A stretch of 48,473 bases of DNA, taken from positions 1-48,473 of the IMG/VR virus record IMGVR_UViG_3300048611_000157; one strand, given 5' to 3'. A program made the position numbers and the translations under genes. Origin of the DNA: a virus. Lineage: Duplodnaviria > Caudoviricetes. Positions within the stretch are counted from its first letter, which is position 1. The number at the start of each line of letters is the position of its first letter. Under the pieces are notes generated by a model. That model was not told where the DNA came from, did not search any database, and saw nothing but the letters and a program-made list of their open reading frames with translations. This document shows positions 1-10,150 of this stretch, one piece after another.

Positions 1-126
1 CCAAGAGATCCTGATCCAGCAGATCGAGGGCTACCTTGCCCGGATGAAGGCGGCGCTGTGCGCGGACGTGGAGGCACTGCGGGCGCTGATCGACGAGAAC
101 AGCTTCCTGGAGCTGACCGACACGCC
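1..126 (+). repeat. Terminal direct repeat, copy 1 (assembly overlap/circularisation)
   Basis: ccaagagatc...gacacgcc identical to 48343-48468. Confidence 0.97.
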
Positions 127-550
127 GGCGAGCTATGCTGGCGCTGCCGGGCAGGTGGCTACCGTCAACGCCGGCGAGGATGCCTTGGAGTTCGCGGCGC
201 CGGCGACGAGCGGGCTGCCAGACCTCGACGACGACACCGAGGTTGCCAGCGATCGCGACTTCAACGGCAACCCGACCTTCTTCAAGCTGGTCAACATCGG
301 GACGCTGCCGAACACGACTTCGAAGAGCGTCGCCCACAACATCGCCAACCCGTTCGTCCTGGTGCAGGGATACGGCGTCGCCAACGACCCGGCTGCGGCG
401 TTGGCGATCCCGCTGATCTTCTCAGCGCACTCTTCACTTACGAACACGGTCTGGTTCAACACCACTTCGACGAATGTCGTGGTCACGACCGGAAGCAATC
501 GAACCGCATTCACCGAATCCTGGGTGATACTGGAGTATTATTACCGATGA
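1..550 (+). CDS. Tail fibre / receptor-binding protein, 3' part (gene starts at GTG 48257 and crosses the junction; ~211 aa total)
   Basis: In frame with 48257 across the repeat; LTDTPASYAGAAGQVATVNAGEDALEF fibre motif; C-terminal beta-rich domain (FKLVNIGTLPNTTSKSVAHNI...VILEY); follows the nozzle gene. Confidence 0.7.
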   Translation, partial: QEILIQQIEGYLARMKAALCADVEALRALIDENSFLELTDTPASYAGAAGQVATVNAGEDALEFAAPATSGLPDLDDDTEVASDRDFNGNPTFFKLVNIGTLPNTTSKSVAHNIANPFVLVQGYGVANDPAAALAIPLIFSAHSSLTNTVWFNTTSTNVVVTTGSNRTAFTESWVILEYYYR

Positions 551-1335
551 CAAGTTTCGACATCCAAGGCACAGCCGAGCAAGGATCTCAGCCCGGAGTG
601 CAGCAGCAGGACGGCCTGCAGCAGCAGCCGGGCCAGAGCCCGTCGATGGGATCCGTCCCCGGACTTCCCCCGACGGCACTGGCGATGCAGATGCAGAGCC
701 TCAACGACGAGTATGCGCGCGCGCAGGGCGCCGACGGGGGAATGCAGGCGATGGGGATGCAGGCTGGCGCTCTCGGCGGAGCCGGCAAGCCCGTCAACGC
801 CGACTACGCGCGCTCCAGCTTGCAGGACATGGCCGAGCGCCTGGCCAAGGGCTACGGCTTGCAGTTCGGCCGCGGCTCGCTGGTCGACGAGTTCGGACAG
901 TTCCAGCAGACTCCGGACCAGCTCGCCGCCGGCGGCGACGTGTCGAACACGGCCGCGAGCATGAACCAGATCTCGGAGGTCATGAACCAGCGCCGCATCG
1001 AGCAGCAGCAGAACAAAGCGACCGCTTCGCTGCAGGCCGGCGCCGGTCTGCTCCAGCAGGGCGGCCGCGGCTCGCTCGCTGCGCTCCAGTCCGGCTTCTA
1101 CCAGGCGATGGCGCAGAACTACACCAACCCGAACCTGCTTCCCGAACAGCAGGACTTCAACTACTGGATCGCTCGAGATCAGCTCGACGAAGCGCGGGCT
1201 GACGAAATAGAGCGCTTGAAGGCGGAAGAGAAGAAGAGCGCCAGCACTATCTCGTTCAATCTAGGCGGCAGCCAGAAGCAACGTGGCGGCAGCCGTCCCG
1301 GTCCGTATGCCCCAGCGGCGTTCGCAGGTCTCTAG
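547..1335 (+). CDS. Putative internal virion / DNA ejection protein (262 aa, Q/G/A-rich)
   Basis: ATGA overlap with fibre stop; low-complexity helical composition; first of three genes before the giant protein. Confidence 0.6.
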   Translation: MTSFDIQGTAEQGSQPGVQQQDGLQQQPGQSPSMGSVPGLPPTALAMQMQSLNDEYARAQGADGGMQAMGMQAGALGGAGKPVNADYARSSLQDMAERLAKGYGLQFGRGSLVDEFGQFQQTPDQLAAGGDVSNTAASMNQISEVMNQRRIEQQQNKATASLQAGAGLLQQGGRGSLAALQSGFYQAMAQNYTNPNLLPEQQDFNYWIARDQLDEARADEIERLKAEEKKSASTISFNLGGSQKQRGGSRPGPYAPAAFAGL

Positions 1336-1344
1336 GAGAAAACC

Positions 1345-2682
1345 ATGGCACGATCAGAAGGTGTTCACAACCGCGAGCAGCAAGCTCTGCAAGCTGGTGA
1401 GGGCACTCGGCAGCGCACCGAGAGTGCCAGGCAGTTCGACGAGTCGGTCAACCAGCGAGAGCTCGATCGAGCTCAGCATGTCATGGAGCGGCAGCGCAGC
1501 GAGCGTCTCGCCCGAGACGATGCACGCCGGCAGCAGAACTTCGCGCCAGAGCAGACCGAGGACCCGGCGGTCGCGCTGAAGCGCGAGCAGCTCGACCTAC
1601 AGCGCCAGCAGCTCGCGCAGCAGGGTCAGCAGTTCCAGCAGAGCACCGAGCTCGAGGCGGCGAAGTCCGGGCTCATGCGTGCAGGCGGACAGCCAGGCAC
1701 CGCGGGTCGGGACATGGCTGGCATCGACGCCGCTCTCCAGCAGAACCCCGACGATCCGCGTCTGCAGCGGTTGCGCCAGGAGATGCAGCAGGGCCGCGAG
1801 CAGATGGGCATGGGCATCGAGTCCACCGGTCGCAGCTACGTGCCGACTCCGGAGGCGATGCAGGCAGGGACGCAGACCCGCGAGACGGCTCGGATGAACG
1901 CTCAGGCTGCGCGCGACAACGCGACCATCAGGATGCGCGAGAACTCGAGGGCGTTGCAGGGTCTCCAAGCGCAGATCGACGGCGGTTCGACCGACCCGCA
2001 GGTGCGAGCGATGTTCAAGCAGCACCTGAAGGAGATCCGGAAGCCGCTGGACTCCAAGATCAACGCGCAGGTCGCGATGTCCAAGGGGAAGGCCACGGAC
2101 AAGCAGTGGGGCGAGCTGCAGTCGCTCCTCGATGAGGATGTCCAGAACGGCATCGCCGGCGACGCCCACAAGGAGCTCCAAGCCGAGGTGTCAGCGCGGG
2201 AGTATGGACCGCGCGTGAAGACGTTCCTTGCCGAGCAAACGATGGATGACTTCGTGAAGTTCGTCAACTACGCCCAAGGCCACTACCCCGAAGGCGTCAT
2301 TCCCGATCAGAGCACGGAGGTCTGGCAGACTTTCTCGCGCAACTCGAGGATTGCAGGACAGCTCCTCCGCTCCAATCTCAACGCCCAGTTCTATCCAATC
2401 CAGGGTTCAGAGACGTGGAAGCGCATGGTCAACATGCATGCTGCTTTTCTGACGAGGACAGGCAAGAACGCCGACAAGTCTTCCCTGCCGATGCAGGATC
2501 AGACCAGCGAGCCCGACGTGATGCGTGGCGCCGGTGGACAGGTGCAGGAGGAGGTGCAGACTCCGGGCGGGCAGACGGTTCGCCGGCAGGTGAACACCAA
2601 GCCGACGGTCGGCAAGGCACCGATCAGCGAAGACAAGGGTCCTAGGCTTTCGGCTTCGCCAAACTGGACCCCTCTGCGGTGA
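1345..2682 (+). CDS. Putative internal virion / ejection protein (445 aa, Q/R-rich coiled coil)
   Basis: AGGAGA RBS; coiled-coil composition; position typical of podovirus ejection proteins. Confidence 0.6.
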   Translation: MARSEGVHNREQQALQAGEGTRQRTESARQFDESVNQRELDRAQHVMERQRSERLARDDARRQQNFAPEQTEDPAVALKREQLDLQRQQLAQQGQQFQQSTELEAAKSGLMRAGGQPGTAGRDMAGIDAALQQNPDDPRLQRLRQEMQQGREQMGMGIESTGRSYVPTPEAMQAGTQTRETARMNAQAARDNATIRMRENSRALQGLQAQIDGGSTDPQVRAMFKQHLKEIRKPLDSKINAQVAMSKGKATDKQWGELQSLLDEDVQNGIAGDAHKELQAEVSAREYGPRVKTFLAEQTMDDFVKFVNYAQGHYPEGVIPDQSTEVWQTFSRNSRIAGQLLRSNLNAQFYPIQGSETWKRMVNMHAAFLTRTGKNADKSSLPMQDQTSEPDVMRGAGGQVQEEVQTPGGQTVRRQVNTKPTVGKAPISEDKGPRLSASPNWTPLR

Positions 2683-5600
2683 GCAACCTTGATGGAGAAG
2701 TCTTCGGGCCGCCAGAGCAACCGACTCTGACCGAGCCTCTCCAGCGAGACCCGGACGATCCCGGGCCGGCGGGGGAGTTCTATCCGGACGTGCAGGGCCC
2801 GGGTCTCGAAGATCGAGGAGCCGGCAACCTGCAACCAGAGCAGGAGCAGTTCTACGGCGACGTCCAAGATCTCTCGACCCCGATGGACGAGTTCCTCGCG
2901 ACCCGCAGCGAGGACCTCGCGAAGGGCTACGCCCAGGCGCTTGCTGACAACGACGTCGTCGCAGCCAACGGCTACCTGCAGCATCAGATCGCCAACGCGA
3001 AGATCAGCCAGGCCGAGGTCGAGAGACTCGGCTTGCCTCCGGAGTCGCGGACTGCGTGGAACGCGTATCCCAACACGGCTGTCGAAGTGCAGCGGATGCT
3101 CGACGTCAGCGTCCGCTACATGGAGCAGGCGGACATGGTGCTCGAGAAGCACGACTGGAAGGGACAGCTCGAGGACTGGTTCTACCAGGACGTCATCGAG
3201 CCCTACAAAGAGCGCAACAAGGCGCAGCTCATGGTCCCGACCGAGGGGATGGATCCGCGGCAGCTACTGCTTGCGCAGGCGCAGCTCGAGTCCCTGGTCA
3301 TGGACCCGATGCTGGTCGCTGACAAGCGCCAGATGCTCGCGAAGATCGACGCCGATCTGAAGCTGGTGCATCCAAGCATGTCGGTGTTCAACTACGGCCC
3401 GACCGCGAAGGTGGCCAAGTGGATCGCCCGTGAGGCGTCGCTCGGCGGCGGCTACATCCAGTCCGGCGACGTCGAAGGTGTTGGTTTCCTCGGTGAGGTT
3501 GGCGGGGAGGTCGCGGCGACGGCGCTCGCCGGCGTCGAGTCGGTGTTCGAGTTCCCGCTGCAGCTCGTCTACGGCGGCATGCAGCTCGTCGGTGCCACCC
3601 CGCCGACGAACTACATCGAGGGTCCCGACGGGGAGATCATCACCAACGGCGGCAAGGTCCCCAACCTCACGGAGACCTGGATCGCGGTGTCGGCGCGCCT
3701 GGCCGGCGACGACGTGGCGCGGCGCCTGGCCGAGCACGGCAAGCTCTCCATGATCGAGCAGAGCAAGCTCACGATGGTGCAGCAGATGGCCCGCGGCACC
3801 GCCGCGGTCGCGGGCATGGGCTTCGGCTTCGGACTCCCCGCCGGCGCGGCGATGGCGGCTGGCCAGCGAACGGCGATGAGCATGATGCAGAACGGCCTGG
3901 CGCGGCTGGCTGCGTCCGGCAGCCCGCGCGCTGCGCGTGCCTTGCAGATCGCATCCGGCACCGCCGGCGCCGCGGTCGCCAACGGCCTCACCGAGGCGGT
4001 CGCGTTCGGCCGGCACGAGAGCTACTGGAAGGCCTTCCAGGGTGGCGCGGCGATCGCGCCGATCCTGATGGTGTTCGGCGCCGCCGGCAAGCGCATGGGC
4101 AACCGGGCGGACCAGGCTTGGGAGCGGATGCTCGGCCGCGAGCGGATGCCCAAGCGTCTGCGTGAGGCCGTCGAGGGCGGTGTTGAAGGTCTGGGCTTCG
4201 GCGTGATGGGCGACATCCACGCCTACCAGCAGTTCGAGGGGTCGCTCTGGGACTACCTGAAGGACCCGACCCAGCAGCGCTGGATGATCTACGCGACGAA
4301 CGTCCTGGGGATGGGGCTCTTCAAGGGGCTGCGGGGGAAGGGTCCTCTGGACCAGGGTCAGCAGGACCTGGCGTCGATCGTCCAGTCCCGGCACATGTTC
4401 CGGAGGGTCTTCGCCCGCAAGGTGTCGGCGGCGGAGGAGAGGCGGACCGAGGACTACCTTCGGGAGCAGAAGGAGGGGGGTCCGGTGGAGCCCACTCCGG
4501 AGGAAGCCGCTCAGATGCGGCAAGGCGTTCCACGTGGAACGCCAGAGCAGGTTGAGGGCCGCGAGCCGATCGTGGCCGAGGGTGAGACGGAAGCCAGGAT
4601 TCGTGAGACGCAGGTCGAGGGCCGCGAGCCGATGCCCGACGACATCCGGGCGATCCGGGAGAAGGACAAGATCTGGCGCACCAAGGAGGAGGCGCAGCGG
4701 CTGACGGACTGGACCATCGAGTCGGAGCGGCAGCGGTTCGAGGCATTCGAGCCCGAGCGCGGCGAGACCCGGGGCGAGCAGGTCGAGGGCAAGGAGCCGG
4801 ACGTCGCCGACCCCAAGAAGGCCAAGGAGCAGGTCAAGGGGGTGCTGCGCGGTCCTGAGATCATGATGGAACTCGGCCCGACCTTCGGCGAGAAGATGAC
4901 TGAAGGCGAGCGGGTCAGGACCGAGGACATCTCGGCTGCCCGCACCAAGAAGGCCGAATCCCAGGGCCGCGACCCCCTCGAAGACATCTCCTTCGCCCAG
5001 CGCCCCCCAGAGCAGCAGGAAGCCATCCTGGAGCGCCGCACGGCGAAGGAGCGCCGGGAAGTAGCTGAGAGCTTCGAGGGCCCCGAGCGGCGATCTGGGG
5101 AGCCCAGGCGCGCCCCTGAGCAGCCCGAGCCGGAGCTCCCCGACCGGAGGGCGCGCTCGAGGGCGCGCTCGATCCGGGCCGAGCTCCAACGGGAAGGCCC
5201 GACGCCGGAGAACGTGGCCCGCGTCAGGGACCTCCAGGAGCGCGCCAAGGGTGCCTTCCTGGGCAAGGTCAGCGAGACCTACCGGAAGCAGCAGGAGCGG
5301 CTGCGCGAGGCCGGCGAGAAGGCCACGGTCGAGGAGATCACCCCCGAGCTGCGGCAGCAGCGCCGGCTCTACCGCGAGGCGGCGCGCCAGGCCGGCGTCG
5401 ACTACGACCTGGTGCGCGAGCTCGGGGAAGCCCTCCGGATGGTCGAGGACATGACCAGACCGCGGGAGCAGCGGGCGGAGGCACTGGACCGGATCCGGGA
5501 CCTCGAGGAGGCACTGGACACCCAGGAGGCGCTGTCCGACCCAGGCCTCAACCCCAAGCTGCTCGACGAGCTCCGGGAGCGCGGGCTGGACGCGCTGGAG

Positions 5601-8600
5601 TCCAGCGAGATGCCCGCGCCCGAGAAAGGCGCAGTCGACCCCGTCAGCGTGCAGCCCATCTTCGGCGAGCGCTACGGCCCGGGCAGCCTGCGGGCCGGCG
5701 CCAACCCCTACCGCCAGCAGGAGGAACTCGCCCGCGACGAGACGATGGACCGCACCCTCTCCGAGATCTTCGAGATCATGGAGGGTCGCCGCGGCAAGCC
5801 CGGGTTCCGGATCCCGTTCACCGCCAAGCGCGTCGGCAAGACAGAAGGCAGCCCGGTGCAGATCAAGCTGCTCGGCGGCAAGGTCACGATGTCCGGCGGC
5901 ACCAAGGGGACGCTGGGCGTCTTCAAGGTCTTCGAGAACTTGATCCGCACCAAGGAAGACTTGGACCTGATGGTCGGGTTGCACGAGTGGGCGCACGGCA
6001 TGCACCGGCAGGTCTTCACCAAGGCCGGCGGCAACGAGTTCTGGTCCGGCGTCCAGGCACAGGTGAGGGCGATCGGCGACGACGCTCGCGCCGAGATCTC
6101 GCGCATCCTCGAGCACTACCCGGGTTGGGAGAAGCTGACCCGCAAGCAGCAGATGGCCGAGGCTTGGGCCGAGTGGCACGCCCGCAACCTGGTCGGCGAC
6201 TCTTCCATCCGCGAGCTCTACCCCGAGCTCTCGCGCCAGATCGACAAGTGGCTCAACGCACCCGAGCAGCGCGCGTTCCGCGACGGTCAATACCGGGACC
6301 TGATGGTCGCGACTCGGAACTGGCGCGACATGGGATCGCGGCGTCGTGTCGGCATGACCGTGCGCCGCGCTGCCCGCAAGAGGAAGACCTACGACAAGCC
6401 TTCGTTCATCTCGGACGCGACCGACGCGGTCGTGAAGGCCTTCTTCGACGACAAGGTGTTGCTGAAGAAGTCGCAGGCTCGGTGGATCGAACGCTCCGAC
6501 ATCAACGCCGAAGACCTGTCGATCCTGATGGATCCAGCGCGTCAGTTGGACTCGATCGCGATGACCGCGCAGAAGGAAGCCGAGAGCTTCCTGCTCGAGG
6601 GACCACACGACATCGCCTGGCGCCGGCGGAAAGGGATCAAGTCGTTCAAGGCCATCATGGACGAGGTTGCCGGCCAGGAATCCCGCAAGGAGATGAACGC
6701 GAGGATCATCGACTTCGTCGACCTGGTCTACTCGACCCGTGCGATCGACAAGATGGACAAGGGCAAGATCATGCCGCTGCCCAAGTCCGATTACGTGCAA
6801 GCCAGCAAAGAGCTGCTCGAGCGCAACCCGGAGTTCCAAGGCAAGATGGAGGAGCTGAAAGCCTGGACCGACTCGCTGATCGACTTCCTGGTCGAGGCAG
6901 CGCAAATCAGCCCGATCGACGCTCAGCGCATGAAGGACAACGGCGTCGTCTACATCCCCTTCGTGCGCATCATCCGCAACTCCGTGTCACGCTTCGGCGG
7001 CGGCCGCGGCGTCGCTGAGGCCGGGACCGGAGTGAAGGCCTTCCGCGGTGGCTCGCGCGAGGAGCTCGTCGACCCGGTCAAGGCGATGGAGGACGTGACC
7101 CGGTCGATGATCGTGAAGGCGCGCAAGGCGATGGTCATGCGCAGCCTTTACCAACTGATGCTCCACGCCGACGTCGGCGGTCTTGCCACTCAGGTCCCGA
7201 AGGGAAAGGTCGCGAACCGCTACCGGCTCGATCAGATCATGCGGAACATGAAGAAGGAGCTCGATCGAGAGGCCTTCGAACGCGATGACGAGGTCCTGGC
7301 GGAAGACATGGAGGAGGCGTTCGGTGTGTTTGCGGAGCTCCTCGAGGCGAACGAGCTCAGCGACACGTTGGTCACCCTGTTCGGCCAGAAGGACCTACCC
7401 TTCGGGGAGAAGGAGCCGATCGTGGCGATGGTGCCGCGGATGACCGATGCCGAGATCAACGCGATCCCGACTGCGGCAATGAGGCGTCAGGCGCGCGAGA
7501 ACAACGGCAAGATGATCTGGCTGCAGCTAGACCCTGCCTACTTCGAAGCGCTGATGGGGATCGACGTGCCGCTGTCGAAGTTCTCGCTCGGCGAGGGACT
7601 GGTCGAGCAGGTGGTGAGCCTGCCGAAAGAGGTCCTGCGCACGTTCGCGACTGATGCCAACCCGGCCTTCGTCATGGCTAACCTGATGCGTGACGCGGTG
7701 CACGCGTCCGTGTTCGATCGGGAGGGGAAGCTCGTCCCCTTCAAGGGATTCGCGATGCTGGCCCATGGCGGCTACCTGCAGCTCCGCTACGGATCACGCA
7801 TGACGCCGTTGATAGACAAGATGATCGGCGAAGGGAACCCTGAGGCCCGCGAGATGTGGCAGCGGTTCCAGGCGTCAGGAGCCAGCACCAGTTCGTTCTT
7901 CAACGAGGGTCTGCGCCGGCAGCTACGCGGCGAGATCCAGTCCTTGAGCAGCAGGTCTCGCGCAGTGCTCGATGGCTGGAAGCGCGCGATGGCGGCACCG
8001 GAGTCGTGGATCCGTCTGTCGGCATACTCGGACACGTTCAAGCGAGCAATCAAGCAGGGCAAGCCCGAGCTCGAGGCGGGCTATCTAGCGCTCGAGGCAG
8101 CCCGCGAGGTGACGGTCAACTTTGCCCGAGGAGGAGACCTGGCGCGAGCCTACAACCGCATGACGCCCTACTTCACGGCGACCATGGCTGGGCAACGGAA
8201 GATGTTCCGTGCGTTCCTCGGCCAGGAAGGACGCAGCGACGTCGAGCGTGCGGCCTACCAGCGGCGCGTCTGGGCGCAGGCGCTCGCCAACGTGACTCTG
8301 CCGTCGATCGCCGCGTGGATGCTGGTGAAGGACGAGGACTGGTTTCAGGACCTGCCCGAGTGGCGCAAGCGTAACTTCATCAACTTCAAGCTCCCCGGAA
8401 CGGAGCACATCATGTCGCTGCCGCTGCCGTTCGAGACCGGCACGATCTTCGGCGCTCTTCCGACGGCATGGCTCGACGACCAGACCGGCGGCAACCCGAT
8501 CAACATCAGCGACGCGTTCATGCAGTCGTTGTTCCCTTACTTCGAGCATACGAGCTCGCTGATCCCGGCCTTCATCCGTCCGATCGCGGAGACTGCTACC

Positions 8601-9122
8601 GGCATGGACTTCTTCCGCGGCCGCGACCTGACGCCGTTCTGGGTGGAGAAGACCAAGCCGCCGGCGCAGCAGATGCGGCAGAGCACCACCAAGACCGCGC
8701 AGTGGATGTTCGAAGTCTTCGGCAAATACATCCCGTCCGTCGACAACCCGATCGAGCTGGAGCAGATGTTCGGCGGCTACACCGCTGACTTCGCGCGGAC
8801 GGTCATGCGAGCGACGGATGAGATCCTGAGTCTGAAGGATCACCCTGGTCTGTCAGTCAACCCGTTCGGTCGGTTCATCCGGCAGACGCCGCACGGTGCT
8901 TCACGCGCTGTCGAAGACCTCTACGCGGAAGGCAAGAGGATCGAGCAGCTCGAGACTTCCGATCGGACACCTGCGGAGCGATCGAAGCTCACCCGCATCA
9001 ATCGCGCCAAGCAGGAGTTCTCGCGTGTTCGTCGAGACCTCGAGCTCGGCCGCTTGACCAAGGAGCAGGCGGACGAGCGCATGTTCCGAACCGCTCATCG
9101 GATCATCGGACGGTCGCAATGA
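2679..9122 (+). CDS. Large polyvalent / ejection protein (2147 aa) with zincin-like HExxH metallopeptidase and C-terminal LPD38-like domain
   Basis: GLHEWAH plus downstream EAWAE; C-terminal AREVTVNFARGG...PYF...LPEW...LPLPFETG...PIAETATGMDFFRGRDL pattern; N-terminal G/A-rich hydrophobic helices. Confidence 0.75.
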   Translation: MSNLDGEVFGPPEQPTLTEPLQRDPDDPGPAGEFYPDVQGPGLEDRGAGNLQPEQEQFYGDVQDLSTPMDEFLATRSEDLAKGYAQALADNDVVAANGYLQHQIANAKISQAEVERLGLPPESRTAWNAYPNTAVEVQRMLDVSVRYMEQADMVLEKHDWKGQLEDWFYQDVIEPYKERNKAQLMVPTEGMDPRQLLLAQAQLESLVMDPMLVADKRQMLAKIDADLKLVHPSMSVFNYGPTAKVAKWIAREASLGGGYIQSGDVEGVGFLGEVGGEVAATALAGVESVFEFPLQLVYGGMQLVGATPPTNYIEGPDGEIITNGGKVPNLTETWIAVSARLAGDDVARRLAEHGKLSMIEQSKLTMVQQMARGTAAVAGMGFGFGLPAGAAMAAGQRTAMSMMQNGLARLAASGSPRAARALQIASGTAGAAVANGLTEAVAFGRHESYWKAFQGGAAIAPILMVFGAAGKRMGNRADQAWERMLGRERMPKRLREAVEGGVEGLGFGVMGDIHAYQQFEGSLWDYLKDPTQQRWMIYATNVLGMGLFKGLRGKGPLDQGQQDLASIVQSRHMFRRVFARKVSAAEERRTEDYLREQKEGGPVEPTPEEAAQMRQGVPRGTPEQVEGREPIVAEGETEARIRETQVEGREPMPDDIRAIREKDKIWRTKEEAQRLTDWTIESERQRFEAFEPERGETRGEQVEGKEPDVADPKKAKEQVKGVLRGPEIMMELGPTFGEKMTEGERVRTEDISAARTKKAESQGRDPLEDISFAQRPPEQQEAILERRTAKERREVAESFEGPERRSGEPRRAPEQPEPELPDRRARSRARSIRAELQREGPTPENVARVRDLQERAKGAFLGKVSETYRKQQERLREAGEKATVEEITPELRQQRRLYREAARQAGVDYDLVRELGEALRMVEDMTRPREQRAEALDRIRDLEEALDTQEALSDPGLNPKLLDELRERGLDALESSEMPAPEKGAVDPVSVQPIFGERYGPGSLRAGANPYRQQEELARDETMDRTLSEIFEIMEGRRGKPGFRIPFTAKRVGKTEGSPVQIKLLGGKVTMSGGTKGTLGVFKVFENLIRTKEDLDLMVGLHEWAHGMHRQVFTKAGGNEFWSGVQAQVRAIGDDARAEISRILEHYPGWEKLTRKQQMAEAWAEWHARNLVGDSSIRELYPELSRQIDKWLNAPEQRAFRDGQYRDLMVATRNWRDMGSRRRVGMTVRRAARKRKTYDKPSFISDATDAVVKAFFDDKVLLKKSQARWIERSDINAEDLSILMDPARQLDSIAMTAQKEAESFLLEGPHDIAWRRRKGIKSFKAIMDEVAGQESRKEMNARIIDFVDLVYSTRAIDKMDKGKIMPLPKSDYVQASKELLERNPEFQGKMEELKAWTDSLIDFLVEAAQISPIDAQRMKDNGVVYIPFVRIIRNSVSRFGGGRGVAEAGTGVKAFRGGSREELVDPVKAMEDVTRSMIVKARKAMVMRSLYQLMLHADVGGLATQVPKGKVANRYRLDQIMRNMKKELDREAFERDDEVLAEDMEEAFGVFAELLEANELSDTLVTLFGQKDLPFGEKEPIVAMVPRMTDAEINAIPTAAMRRQARENNGKMIWLQLDPAYFEALMGIDVPLSKFSLGEGLVEQVVSLPKEVLRTFATDANPAFVMANLMRDAVHASVFDREGKLVPFKGFAMLAHGGYLQLRYGSRMTPLIDKMIGEGNPEAREMWQRFQASGASTSSFFNEGLRRQLRGEIQSLSSRSRAVLDGWKRAMAAPESWIRLSAYSDTFKRAIKQGKPELEAGYLALEAAREVTVNFARGGDLARAYNRMTPYFTATMAGQRKMFRAFLGQEGRSDVERAAYQRRVWAQALANVTLPSIAAWMLVKDEDWFQDLPEWRKRNFINFKLPGTEHIMSLPLPFETGTIFGALPTAWLDDQTGGNPINISDAFMQSLFPYFEHTSSLIPAFIRPIAETATGMDFFRGRDLTPFWVEKTKPPAQQMRQSTTKTAQWMFEVFGKYIPSVDNPIELEQMFGGYTADFARTVMRATDEILSLKDHPGLSVNPFGRFIRQTPHGASRAVEDLYAEGKRIEQLETSDRTPAERSKLTRINRAKQEFSRVRRDLELGRLTKEQADERMFRTAHRIIGRSQ

Positions 9123-9349
9123 ACACCATGGAAACGATCACTACCACCATCCTCGCCTTGAACGGCACGCTCATCGGCGCCCTGATCTGGGTCGTCAAGA
9201 TCCTCATCGATCGTCTGAGCCGTGATCTTCAAGACACGGCCAAGGCGATCCGCGATCTGCGTGAATACCAGGTGATGTGTGCGAAGTCGCTGGAGACCCT
9301 CAATGAGAATCTGATCCAGATCGCACGCATCCAGAAAGAGGACCGCTAG
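9119..9349 (+). CDS. Small membrane protein (single TM + coiled coil), possible holin-like
   Basis: Hydrophobic ILALNGTLIGALIWVVKILI then heptads; ATGA overlap; last gene of the rightward arm. Confidence 0.55.
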   Translation: MNTMETITTTILALNGTLIGALIWVVKILIDRLSRDLQDTAKAIRDLREYQVMCAKSLETLNENLIQIARIQKEDR

Positions 9350-9807
9350 CTTCGAGCCAGGAACGGCTCGAAGAACCGCAGCGGGTTCGACACGATCCGT
9401 TTCTTGTAGCGCGTTCCGATCGCGGCGAACGGCACCGAACGCCGTCCCGTGCTGTAGGCAAGGACCTGGTCCGCATCGATCACGGCGATGTCGGTGCCGA
9501 ACTGCCAGACGACCAGCGCGATGGCGCCGGCGCGCTGCGCTTCCATGAGCGCTTGCATCTGGTGCGGCCGCAGCCCGGACTTGCTGCCGAGCGCCAGGGT
9601 CGGCTTGCAGGTGATCTTGCACTCCACCAGCATCGCGCGGCCGGTGACGGTGAAGCCGATGAAGTCGACCGGGACCTGCTCGCCGTGGATCAGTTGATTG
9701 CCGGCGATCTTGATGTCGTTCGGGATCTTGTAGAGGCGGCAGACCTGCGCGTCGTGGAGTGTCCTGGCGATACTCTTGAGGTGCTTCTCGAGCGGGTTAG
9801 TCGACAT
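9346..9807 (-). CDS. recU: RecU-like Holliday junction resolvase (PD-(D/E)xK)
   Basis: LYKIPNDIK...VDFIG...GRAMLVECK...LRPHQ motifs. Confidence 0.75.
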   Translation of the reverse strand: MSTNPLEKHLKSIARTLHDAQVCRLYKIPNDIKIAGNQLIHGEQVPVDFIGFTVTGRAMLVECKITCKPTLALGSKSGLRPHQMQALMEAQRAGAIALVVWQFGTDIAVIDADQVLAYSTGRRSVPFAAIGTRYKKRIVSNPLRFFEPFLARS

Positions 9808-10150
9808 AGGGGATCCGCCTGGTCTCTCCGGTCTGGATGTTCACGACTTCCTGGGTTCGCTTCTGCTCGGGCAGCTTGACTCCAAGCATCTTCGCACGAA
9901 TCGCCCCGAAGGCTCGTGCTTCGATGGCGTTGATCTCGGCGCGGGAGAGCGGGCGCTTGCGCAGCTCGGCCGTGACCTTCGCGTCCCACTTGTCCATGTA
10001 GCTGAAGAACGCGTCGCCGGCACTGCCGAAGTCGACGAAGCGACGCTCGTATTGGTCTTCGACCTTCTTCGCCAGGCGGTGCATCGCTTGGCGTGCGAGC
10101 TTGTCGGTGATCGTCTGCTTAGAAGATGAACTCGGATTCGTCGCTGTCAT
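9797..10150 (-). CDS. Hypothetical protein (117 aa)
   Basis: Coding-like ORF overlapping both neighbours in the leftward operon. Confidence 0.7.
   Translation of the reverse strand: MTATNPSSSSKQTITDKLARQAMHRLAKKVEDQYERRFVDFGSAGDAFFSYMDKWDAKVTAELRKRPLSRAEINAIEARAFGAIRAKMLGVKLPEQKRTQEVVNIQTGETRRIPYVD

Noticed and set aside
1-126. Terminal repeat as a true physical DTR or att site
   Set aside because: Lies mid-gene with k-mer-like length; no integrase or host flanks; most likely assembly overlap
58-546. N-terminal part of the 425-aa ORF 58-1335
   Set aside because: Overlaps the tail-fibre frame; ATG 547 (ATGA coupling) is the better start
1-550. DGR target in the tail fibre
   Set aside because: No reverse transcriptase and no template repeat differing at adenines in the window
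3264-6905. 1213-aa antisense ORF
   Set aside because: Shadow frame of the GC-biased giant gene; L/A/G/R-rich with no motifs
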